Shown one piece after another: positions 1 to 10,261 of a stretch of DNA of 64,000 bases. The notes under the pieces were generated by a model, which ran no database searches, was not told the origin of the DNA, and saw nothing but the letters and a program-made list of their open reading frames with translations. Position numbers and translations under genes: made by a program. Every line of letters starts with the position of its first letter. The stretch's first letter is position 1. This stretch comes from Tubulanus polymorphus (Eukaryota > Animalia > Nemertea), in the NCBI RefSeq assembly GCF_964204645.1, contig NC_134034.1, positions 4,686,914-4,750,913 on the forward strand, written 5' to 3'.

Positions 1-645
1 TAATTACGAAAACATCAAGATTCTGTTCTAATCACCAACGCCAGAAAAATACACGGATTTAGTATGACAAATCAATAGTCTCTGGTAGTAGAAGACAAAT
101 CACAACGATCACGAATCAGCCTTTAGGTGAATCATATTTCACACATCATTCCTCCGCAATAATGATGAACGCGAAATTCCAATCACTACTCCGAGCGTAA
201 TAAAATCTGTACACATGGCAAATACAATGTATCTACACAAAGTCGTAGAAATCGCGGTTTAAATCTTACGAAACTGCTAGTTGCTCTGAAATTCTGCTTT
301 ATACACTTCTGGTACGTATGCAATCCAACTAGCAATTACTTCTCTACTGTATAATGATGAAAGTACTATATCCAACAATCCAGCTTCACGGATGTGAATA
401 AAATCCGTTAAATAATCCATGACGGATCAAATTAAACTTGATAAAACAGCGATAAAATAACTATTCATTCTTTGACAGGGAAAAACTAAAATTAACAGAG
501 CTGTGTGGCAACCCGTGATACTATTGAAACCAAATCAAATCTGGCTCACCGAAACGGCTCAACCCCAGTATCCGGTTAAGTAGTCACAAGACTTTTCAAC
601 GATAAACGAATTGCTACGCGGTGCAGTAAGTCAAAAATATTTGAA

Positions 646-1166
646 CAACATCGCCAACATCGTTACAACGTCAACATCGTCAACAGCGTGAACAACGTCA
701 ACATCGTCAGCATCGTCAACGCCATCACTATCGTCAACATCGTAAACAACATCAACATTGCCAACACAGTCAACAACGTCAACATCCCCAACATCGTCAG
801 TATCGTTAGTTTGACAAAATTTGGAAAATGTTAAACGATTTTTACACTTCAATCCCCATGGTCATCGATTACGAATAATTCACGAAATACGTACTACGAG
901 TGAACGCTATTAAAGATTTGGTTTCAATATTCCCATCTACAGAGTTGTCTGGGTTTAGTGTGACCTATAGTGTTTCAAACATTCCCCTCTATAGAGTTTT
1001 CTGGGATAGTGGGGTGTGTATTGAGTCAATATTCCCCTCTATAGGGATGTTAGCGATGTTGACGTTGTTGACGATTGACGATGTTGGCGATGTTGACGGT
1101 GTTGACGATGCTGGCGATGTTGACGATGTTAACAATGTTGACGAGGTTTTGACGATGTTTACGATA
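646..1166. repeat. Foldback-like element: two inverted arrays of a 9-bp unit (AACATCGTC / GACGATGTT) flanking ~50-bp internal direct repeats
   Basis: Tandem caacatcgt units at ~646-806 and their reverse complement at ~1046-1166; ATTCCC(A/C)TCTA(C/T)AG occurs three times in between. Confidence 0.7.
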
Positions 1167-1549
1167 GGATAAAATCCAGGGCCGAATTACTGCTTTTATG
1201 ATGTTGTACGTTTCCACCTTAAGAACTATTTTACCGGATACTCGAGTTGAAGAGTTCACAGGATGTAACATGCCCTTGAAAGTAATTCGGAGAAATCTAA
1301 GTAGCACTCAGCAATAGAGTAAAATAGTTCATACTCAAAATAATATAAAATGTACTACCAAGTGTGGATTTTTGTGATGAAAAGATAAAGGTAACTATGA
1401 GTCATACCTCGATTTAACGCCCCTCCCCCCATTCACCACCAACCTCGCCTACCGCCTGGATTTCATGGAAAACAAAACATTCGTATCTAAAATGTACCGG
1501 AAAAACACCGCCACCGCCAACGTAATCTCCTAGTACAATCCTAACCCAG

Positions 1550-1897
1550 CAACGCTATCCTGTGGAAGTGAACCTGGTAAATTGTATGGCTAATGTAAAG
1601 TTCATAAAGAAAGCTTCCCTTTCAGACCTGTAGTTTCGATGATCGGCACTGCTGAATACAATCTGGCTAAGTATCTGGACAAAATTATCAAACCACAAAT
1701 TTCTACCAAATTTATGCTTAACAGTACCTGGGAATTTCTGGAAAGCTAAAGGTTTTCATTTTTCACCCTTCTGATATACTCATTAATTTTGGTGTCGAAT
1801 CTCTGTTTACAAACGTACCGCTCAAAGAAACTATAGACCTGATTTCAGATTATATCTACAAATCAGATTCCAAAACCTCGTACGATAAGGCTACGTT
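1550..1897 (+). pseudogene. 5' fragment of degraded Penelope-like element RT (host element PLE-0)
   Basis: Translates to GSEPGKLYG*CKVHK..FRPVVSMIGTAEYNLAKYLDKIIKP..SLFTNVPL; continues in frame (YDKAT|FKQLLNIATSG) after 62059. Confidence 0.85.
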
Positions 1898-2050
1898 GGT
1901 AATAGGGGTTTAGTTGTTTCATACCAAAGGTCGAACGGTCGAGTGAGTAAAAAATAAAAAATAAATTCTCGCACACTCGAATTTATGTTTTATTTTTTAC
2001 ACACTCGCCCCGTTCAACTTTTGATATGAAACAACTAAACCCCTATTACT
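1898..2050. repeat. Terminal fold-back hairpin H1 (left end of A)
   Basis: gtaataggggtttagttgtttcata ... tatgaaacaactaaacccctattac; imperfect 153-bp palindrome. Confidence 0.95.
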
Positions 2051-2100
2051 CTTAAAATATTCATATATATGAATAACATATAAATGAATAACTTCTAAAA

Positions 2101-2132
2101 TCAATTTTAATAAAAAATTTGATATTAAAATG
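2101..2132 (+). promoter_or_regulatory. Representative AATTTTAATAAAAA-Nx-TAAA(A)TG motif (pPolB/TIR promoter)
   Basis: tcaattttaataaaaaatttgatattaaaATG; similar motif before starts at 2986, 9348, 13978 and 20731 and their orthologs. Confidence 0.65.
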
Positions 2133-2978
2133 GAAGCAAATAAGTACTACTGCCCAACATGTAATATCGATATAGATAAATCCCAAAAATCAAGACACAA
2201 TAAAACTAAAACACATTTAGAGAATAAATTGAAACTAGAATATAAAGATGATATATTAGAAACTAAATTAGATGAATTAAAGAATGAAAAAGAAACATAT
2301 AAATGTGATACATGTAATCAATCATTCAGTGATAATAGATATTAAAATGAACATCTAAAATCTAAAAGTCATATTAGAAATATGAATAATGATAACTTAT
2401 TTTCATTATTTAACATTAAAAATTATATCTCAGCAACAAATTTAGTGTATGGAAGACAATATAAAATTTATAATATTTCTATAATCAATCAAATATTTAC
2501 AAATGAAGCATATTTAATTATTGAACTGATAGATAATGGAATCAAAAATCCTAACATATTTAATACAGTTTTAAATCATCATAAAGGAACTTTAGATGAA
2601 AAAATTATAAATATTCTTGAAACTCCTTTCAATGAAAGAAATGATGATTTAATACTTTCTACAGGTTACAATAATTTGATTAACTTAAGAATTGAAAAAA
2701 GACAATTATATTATTTAAATTTTGATGATAAACCAATTATCTATAATGAAAATTCATCAAATATTGGTATTCAATGTGAATTAGATAATGAACAATCATT
2801 CAAAGATATTGGAATTCAATGTAATTTAGATGATGAATTTGTTGCGCTTGAATATAATCCTAATGAAAGCGTTTTATGTAATTGTGGAAAATATTATACT
2901 CGAGGCAATAAATCACACCATCTCAAATCAAAATATCCTAACTCCAAATATGGAAATCAATTTAGTAAAAAAATTTGA
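2130..2978 (+). pseudogene. Zinc-finger protein sharing its first ~88 codons with pPolB; one internal stop at 2343-2345
   Basis: ORFs 2130..2345 and 2382..2978 are in the same frame; N-terminus matches the pPolB N-terminus (two C2H2-like fingers); C-terminal CxCG..HH finger. Confidence 0.75.
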
Positions 2979-3397
2979 TATTAAAATGGAATCAGAACAA
3001 CCACAAAATATCAATATTACAAATAACACTGGCGTCATAAACATATACTACAAGAAGTGTTCTAAATGTGAATTAGATAAATTAGCTTTAACAGAATTTT
3101 GTAAGCGTAAGATTAGCAAAGATGGTTTTCAATATCGCTTTAAAACTTGCACTAAACTATATACCAAACAATATCGAGAAGATAATATAGAACATTATAA
3201 TTATTATATGGCAGAATATATGAGAGAAAGATATCAAACAGATCTTAATTTTAGATTGAAACAATGCTTAAGATCTAGATTAACACAATTATTCAACAAA
3301 GAAACACATTCAGCAACACTATCTAATTTAAATAATAATAAGAACGCAACTATCACAATCTTCATGATGATAATGAGTTTATTTACATTTTCAAACG

Positions 3398-3441
3398 TTT
3401 CGATCGATTTCGACTCATCTCTTCGAGTCCTTTTCAAGAAA
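3398..3441 (-). ncRNA. Type I hammerhead ribozyme (U3/A8 variant) in PLE-1 pLTR
   Basis: Minus strand: TTTC-TTGAAAA-G-GACTC(gaagagat)GAGTC-GAA-ATCGAT-C-GAAA; stems I and II pair and stem III is palindromic. Confidence 0.65.
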
Positions 3442-3554
3442 TGACATGAAAAGATACAAACTATGTATAGTATACTGTTACTAATTACAGAGAATATCAT
3501 GCAGGCGTGAAGTGGCCTAGTTTACAAAGTACAAATGGATTATAAACATATCAA

Positions 3555-6035
3555 AATACGTTCAGTAAAAATGAGACACCATGTGTGGAGAGTTGTTTGT
3601 TAATACTTGGTTTTTTGGATTTTATATATAATGCCTCTTTGATGGTGATTTCAGTCATTTTTTCCAGAATCAACGATTGAAAAGTTGTTTTTTAAAGAAA
3701 AATTTGATGCACAATTTTTACATGATGTTAAATGTTCCTTAATTGCTGAAGGCGAAGGTCCATGCTCCTTTACCCTTGTGGCCAAATGTCGCATTGTTTT
3801 ACCAATGTATGTGTTATTTGCATCACGCAAACATTTGAATTTATAAATTACATTGGCCAACAAGGGTAAAGGAGTATGGGACTTGAGTGAAAAGTAGTTC
3901 CTAATTTTGAAAGAAGTAAAGACAATACGAATATCCACGTTGTAATATTGTTTGAATAGACTCTTGAGTTTTCTGCTAAATATAATTGAAGGGAGGCCTA
4001 TGTAAGGAACGAAAAAAAGTGTTTCGACCTTATCTTCCCTGACCATACTAGCGGGAGTATCATCACTACATTTACTATTCAAAAATCTTCTAAGACACGA
4101 ATTAAACACATCTTGTGGGTAGCCATTTTTGTGTAAAACGCTTTTTAGGAAATCAATTTCTTGTGAGAAAACAAACCAACTACTGCTTATGGTATATGCT
4201 CTATGGAGCAGACATTGGATTAAGCCCAATTTCCATTTTTGCGGACACATAGCTGAAAAGTTTAGAATCAAGCTAGTTTAAGTTGATTTTCTAAATACAT
4301 GAGAAGTGAAGGTACCATCATCCGTTGTTGGGAGCGAAATATACGTATCTAGAAATGGAAGTGTAGACGGTCCTATTTCTGAAGTAAATTTAAGATTTGG
4401 GTGTAGTGCATTTAGTTTCTCCAGGAAAGATGCATGTATTGAATCACGTCTGAATACACAGAAAATATCATCAACATAACGTAGGTATAACGATGGCGCG
4501 AAACTTTTCCCTGAACAATCATCTAGCAGCTTAGATTCAAAATAAGCCAAACAGAAATTAGCCATAGTGGGCCCTAGAGGGCTGCCCATAGTAACTCCAT
4601 CTACCTGTCGAAAAAATCTATCGCGATACATAAAGATTCCATACATAAAGAATTGCTATTTTCATAAGTTGTTTAAAGGTAGCCTTATCAAAATCTGGTT
4701 TAGTAGTCGATCCATAGATATGGTCTGCTATAATATCGATAGTTTGTCCCAATGGTACATTAGTAAAAAGTGACACGACATCAAAGCTGATCAGTATATC
4801 AGTAGGTTTGAAATAGAATTATTTCAATCGCTCCAAAAAACTGGAGGTACTGTCTAGCATGTAATTAGAAGGAATATGTGGTTTGATAATATTGTCAAGG
4901 TATTTAGCCAAATTATACTCTGCTGTGTTTAACATTGAAACTACAGGTCTGAAAGGAAGACCTGGTTTATGAGCTTTACAGAGGCCATAAAGTTTGCCTG
5001 GTTGGCTGCCAGATGGATAAATCGAATCATAAACATTTTTACTAATCGAGTCTTTTACATTTTTTCGTAGATAATTTTTGATAGAATTTTCATTTCTTAT
5101 CACTGGGTGCGATAAATTTGGATTGACCAGAATTTCTTGAAACTTAGATTTGTCAAAAACAATGTTGTCTAGTTTTTCAAAATATTCATTTGAATTAATA
5201 ATGACTATACCATTTCCTTTGTCAAAAGAACAAACCTTGATATCTGAGTAGTTTTTTAAGTCCTTAAGAGTTCGATGGAAGTTTTGGCTAATCCTAGAAC
5301 CACAAATAGTCTTTCCACTATGCAAAAACGACTGGGTTGCATGTCTCAAGTCGTCCTTTATTTTTGACTCTGTGTTCCGGTCTGATCCACTAACGATAGT
5401 CCTTTTATTGAAATGCCATAGTTGTTCAACCTGCGTTTTAATTTGGATTTCATTGATGTTCTTTGGTAGAATGTGATGTTTCAATCCTAATCGAAGTGCA
5501 TTTTCTTCCTCGATCGTCAGTTTTCTATCGCTGATGTTTAATAAACAGTCCGGAGCTGGAGCGCGTTGATCTTTCCATAGCTTTGTCAGTTTCCTTTGAT
5601 GTCTTTGTTCCGCTTCATTGGTTTCATGTCTACATTTTTTCTTGAGTTTGGACATGAGAATTGAGTATTCTAGGTAGCTTAGTTTCTCACATATTTTCGA
5701 TTTCAATTTCTTGTATTTGTGACAAGTATTTTGTAACTCCGATCCAACTTGATTTTTTAAAATCTCAGTTTTGATGTTCTCAGTTCGACTATAAGCTTTT
5801 AGTCTTGGAGGCTTGAACATCAGAAATTTCGGACAAATTTTCAAGTTGATGCATCGTTCAAAATAGAGTATATCCAAGCGTAACTTTGTAACCTTTGAAC
5901 AAATCCTCTCGTATTTCCTCAGTTCACTAATGTGTATATCTATTCGGTTGCAGCAATAATAATAATATAATTTCGGAAGAGTATCCAGATAGTTAAATAA
6001 TAATAAGAACGCAACTATCACAATCTTCATGATGA
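3555..6035 (-). pseudogene. PLE-1 polyprotein: RT and GIY-YIG endonuclease, with stops and frameshifts
   Basis: DKGNG, PGKLYGL..K.HK..RPVVS, GVTMGSPLGP, RYVDD, LPFLD and IYKFKC..TYIGKT.R motifs across ORFs 4819..6183, 4278..4646 and 3651..4271. Confidence 0.9.
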
Positions 6036-6062
6036 TAATGAGTTTATTTACATTTTCAAACG

Positions 6063-6106
6063 TTTCGATCGATTTCGACTCATCTCTTCGAGTCCTTTTC
6101 AAGAAA
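6063..6106 (-). ncRNA. Second copy of the PLE-1 hammerhead ribozyme
   Basis: Identical to 3398-3441. Confidence 0.65.
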
Positions 6107-7343
6107 TGACATGAAAAGATACAAACTATGTATAGTATACTGTTACTAATTACAGAGAATATCATGCAGGCGTGAATCTTCACGCCTGCATGATTGTGAT
6201 AGTTGCGTTCTTATTATTATTTAACTATCTGGATACTCTTCCGAAATTATACTATCTAATTTATTGGGTTGTACAGATGAATTTTTCATATCATGGATAA
6301 TATATCAATTCGATGATAAAATGAATATAGATAATTATGGTGAATACTTTCATATTGATCATGTGTTGCCGATTTCTAAATTTGACATGAGTGATGATTA
6401 TAATAAGAAGCTATTATGGAGCTGGAGAAATTTAAGACCTTTAGAAATGAAGGAAAACATAATTAAATCTAACAAACTAGATATGAAATTATATTTAGAT
6501 CAACTGGATAAAGCAAAGACATTTGTTGAATTATGGAATTCAACACATAATGAAAAATACGTTGAAGCTTAAGCGCTTAGAAAACCGGTTACTCTCGATC
6601 TATGTCAAACTACCTATATGCAATTGTATTAGCTCTTTGCATCTGTCGCACGTTATATTCAGTTGAATGGGGTGTACCTCATTTGAATATTTATCGAATG
6701 TGCTATTTCAGTTGAAAAGGATTAATCAATTACATTACAAAGGAACATCTGTTGCTCAGACAGTGTTTAGCTAGTGAATAACTGGCAGTTATAAGCGCGC
6801 TGCACATAAGCATAGGAACGCATAGGATATTCTCTCTATAAACACAGGAGTGTTTTAGGAGTTTACAGTTATAAATGTAAGTACTGTTTTTGTTGTTATT
6901 AAGGCGTCGGGAAACGTTAAACATGTAAAACTTACCCTGGTAAGATGCACCACAAATGGCCATGTTTAAGTGCTGTAATTAATATTTTACAACTACAACT
7001 TCAAGTTAGTTTTATTCTTCGCTAGATATTTATCTTTTAGATAACAAAATGAAGACCATTGAATCAAGAAAGTAAAGATGGATGGATGTGGAATCAGAAA
7101 TTATGGTTATTTCAACTCATGAGACTGTAGCCGTTTAGCCATACTGTATAGGCTTCCAATGCATTACGTTTGCCGGAATTTCAATTGCGTCATTAAGCTG
7201 TTGTTAATGACGCACAGTGACAGATGTTCTATTATACTTTATTGATTCCTGCATTCCACGCATACCTTACCGCGCATGAAATGCGCGGCTTGGAATGTGG
7301 AAATCGATAATGATTGTAGAATAAAATATATGTGTTTATGAAA

Positions 7344-7789
7344 AGTAATAGGGAATATCTTGTTTCAAGCCAAAGGTCGAACGGTCGAGTTGATTAAAAA
7401 ACAAAACATTAAAAGTAATTAAAAACAATAATATATTTTCATAACCGTGTGTATAATATATTTTACACAATAATATATTTTCATAACCGTGTGTATTTTA
7501 TATTATAACTAAATATTTATTCTAAGGTATCAATAATTTAAAAAGCATATTGTATTAAATCAATTGGTCGCTCCACTTCGCTACCGCTCCGCTCCGCGAC
7601 CAATTGATTTATTTACAATACACAAATTCATATAATCAAACATATTCAAATAATAATAATTATTCTATTATTCAACTGAAATACACACGGTTATGAAAAT
7701 ATATTATAGTTTTAAATTACTTTTAATATTTGTTATTAATGAACTCGACCATTCAACCTTTAACCTGAAACAAGATATTCCCTATTACT
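7344..7789. repeat. Terminal fold-back hairpin H2 (left end of B), 446 bp
   Basis: agtaatagggaatatcttgtttca ... tgaaacaagatattccctattact; apex caattggtcg..cgaccaattg. Confidence 0.95.
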
Positions 7790-7869
7790 CTTAAAATATT
7801 CATATAAATGAATAACATTTAAATCATTGAACTTCTAAAATCAATTTTAATAAAAATTTTAGTATTAAA

Positions 7870-8076
7870 ATGGAAGCAAATAAGTACTACTGTCCAACAT
7901 GTAATATCAATATAGATAAATCCCAAAAAGCAAGACACAATAAAACTAAAACACATTTAGAGAATAAATTGAAACTAGAATATTTACAGTTATATTCAGA
8001 ACAGTTAACAAAAGCAAAGAAATTTATTGAATTATGGAATAATTATCAAGGATCCGATGTTTATACTAGAACATGA
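7870..8076 (+). CDS. Microprotein: pPolB N-terminal Zn finger fused in frame to the C-terminal helix of the HNH protein
   Basis: MEANKYYCPTC..KLEY followed by LQLYSEQLTKAKKFIELWN, matching the end of 9348..10016. Confidence 0.55.
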   Translation: MEANKYYCPTCNINIDKSQKARHNKTKTHLENKLKLEYLQLYSEQLTKAKKFIELWNNYQGSDVYTRT

Positions 8077-8769
8077 TTCTATTTGAGCCTATATACATTC
8101 CATGTACAGAGCTATGGAATAAATCTATAAATTCACAGCTGTTACAGCTGTTACTATGACGCCGAGACTTATGACTCATTATTACAAACGTGCAGAGAGA
8201 GAACACTCTAGAACCGTTACCAGATGACGTGGCAAGAAATGAATATACGCTGTAATATAGTGCTCAGGATATTCTATCTTTCGAAACGAAATTAGGAGTT
8301 TATAGTTTACAATTCTAAATCTAAATGTAAGTACTGTTTGTTGTAGTTATTAGGGCTTTTAAATATGAAACCTTTAGATATATTTAAGTGTATTTAGTAT
8401 ATCTTTTAGATAGCTAGAGTTACCGCTAATATCTTTTAGATTAATAAAACGCCATACGCATCAAGAAGTGATAGAGAAACTCAAGATACTCTTTCTGACT
8501 GAGGAATCAACAGCAATGGATATCGAACCAATAGAAATTAGCACAAGAAACACAAGAATCGCCAAAAGATCGTCGAAGAAACTATATAAGAATTTCAAAA
8601 ACATTAAGACTCCAATGATTAAGTTTAACATTTGTTGATGTAGTTAAATATTTACCAGCAATTGAAAAAGTGTTTGTAATTATAAATTGTATTTATAGAA
8701 ATCAAATGATGTATTGGAAGAAATGACTGAACAACTTGTATAATGTATTGTGTAAATCTACTTGGTGAA

Positions 8770-9230
8770 TTTTTATGTTCGGTCGTTTCTATTCAGAATG
8801 AATATATAATTATGATTAGCGCATGCGTATTGATCAAAAACGCTCCTATAAGAGCGGTTTTGCCTAGTGCACATGCGTTTGAATTTTCTATGTTCAGTTG
8901 TTTCTATTTTACAGAATTTATAGAATTAATATATAATTATGATTAACGCATGCGCATTAAGCAAAAACGCTCCTATAAGAGCGGTTTTGCCTAATGCGAA
9001 CACGTTTTGATATTTTATGTCGGTCGTTTCTATTTTACAGAATTTACAGAATGAATATATAATTATGATTAGCGCATGCGCATTAAGCAAAAGCGCTCCT
9101 ATAAGAGCGGTTTTGGCTAGTGGTATTATTTAGATATTTCATGTCGGTTGTTTCTATTATGATTAACGCATGCGCATTAAGCAAAAGCGCGCACGAATGC
9201 GCGGTTTGCTCAGTGGTATTATTTAGATAT
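8770..9230. repeat. Array of 4 hairpin-containing ~95-127-bp repeats (B)
   Basis: Core TATGATTA(G/A)CGCATGCG(C/T)ATT..CAAAA-stem-loop-GTTT(T)G at ~8811, 8938, 9064 and 9158. Confidence 0.9.
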
Positions 9231-9347
9231 CAAGGAATCGAAACAATTTATCAAAAGCAGCGAGGAATGAAAAAGGATGACGTTGGTCGAAGAAATGGAA
9301 GAGGATTCTAAAATATTAACCAATTTAGTAAAAAATATGTATAATAA

Positions 9348-10016
9348 ATGGAACCAGAACAACCACAAACTATCAATATTACAAAAAACACCGGTGTTAT
9401 AAATATATATTACAAGAAGTGTTCTAAATGTGAATTAGATAAATTAGCTATAACAGAATTTAGTAAGCGTAAGATTAGCAAAGATGGTTTTCAATATTGC
9501 TGTAAAACTTGCGCTAAACTATATACTAAACAATATCGAGAAGATAATATAGAACATTATAATTATTATATGGCAGAATATATGAGAGAAAGATATCAAA
9601 CAGATCTTAATTTTAGATTGAAACAATGTTTGAGAATCAGATTAACACAATTATTCAACAAAGAAACACATTCAGAAACACTATCTAATTTATTGGGTTG
9701 TTCAGATGAATTTCTCAAATCATGGATTATATTTCAATTCGATGATAAAATGAATATAGATAATTATGGGGATTATAACCATATTGATCACGTGTTACCA
9801 ATATCTAAATTTAACATGAATGATGAATACAATAAAAAACTTATTTGGAATTGGAAGAATCTAAGACCTTTAGAAAAGAAAGAAAATCAAATCAAATCTA
9901 ATAAACTAGATTTACAGTTATATTTAGAACAGTTAACAAAGGCAAAGAAATTTATTGATCAATGGAACAATGATCCAAATAATGAACAATACGTTGAGTC
10001 TTTAATGAGTGGTTAA
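9348..10016 (+). CDS. HNH/EndoVII-like endonuclease with N-terminal CxxC zinc ribbon (B)
   Basis: KKCSKC..CCKTC, LLGCS, HIDHVLP, NWKNLRPL..ENxxKxNK motifs typical of large-DNA-virus HNH nucleases. Confidence 0.8.
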   Translation: MEPEQPQTINITKNTGVINIYYKKCSKCELDKLAITEFSKRKISKDGFQYCCKTCAKLYTKQYREDNIEHYNYYMAEYMRERYQTDLNFRLKQCLRIRLTQLFNKETHSETLSNLLGCSDEFLKSWIIFQFDDKMNIDNYGDYNHIDHVLPISKFNMNDEYNKKLIWNWKNLRPLEKKENQIKSNKLDLQLYLEQLTKAKKFIDQWNNDPNNEQYVESLMSG

Positions 10017-10261
10017 AGAATAATAGATTTTAAATAAAAAATATTAAAAAAATAACTTCAACTAGCTAGTGAATTCTATTATATTTTTAATATTTTCTTT
10101 TCAAAAAAGAATACTTTATATCACAAATAAAAAATACTAAAAAAACAATAACTAATACTAAAATTCTTTACCTTTAACTAAGCTAGTATTAATCTAAAGA
10201 GATACTAGTATCATTTGAAGAATACTTATAATAATTTTTTTGCTCTATTTCTCTAATATAA

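Larger units (their letters stand above)
3331..6250 (-). mobile_element. Penelope-like element PLE-1 (RT + GIY-YIG), degraded
   Basis: 13-bp TSD ACTATCTAATTTA at 3318-3330 and 6251-6263; direct pLTR repeats at ~3331-3510 and ~5996-6176; short inverted pLTR piece at 6180-6250. Confidence 0.92.
2986..6572 (+). pseudogene. HNH/EndoVII-like endonuclease (A, first copy), split by PLE-1
   Basis: MESEQPQ..KKCSKC..ATLSNL (to 3330) resumes LLGCTDEF..HIDHVLP..NLRPL..EN..K at 6261; paralog of 9348..10016. Confidence 0.85.

Noticed and set aside
1-600. Left-edge sequence
   Set aside because: No ORF, repeat or motif I can support
631-1307. Asp/Val-rich ORFs 631..852, 900..1172 and 1050..1307
   Set aside because: Translations of the 9-bp tandem arrays; no coding evidence
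2830-3500. ORFs 2830..3444 and 3234..3500 as real genes
   Set aside because: Chimeras across the HNH/PLE-1 junction; the true HNH start is 2986
8516-8638. 40-aa ORF MDIEPIEIS.. downstream of the putative splice acceptor
   Set aside because: Element C has a 22-nt frameshifting deletion there and A lacks it
8770-9230. CRISPR-like array
   Set aside because: Spacers are homologous to each other, repeats are degenerate, there are no cas genes and the context is eukaryotic
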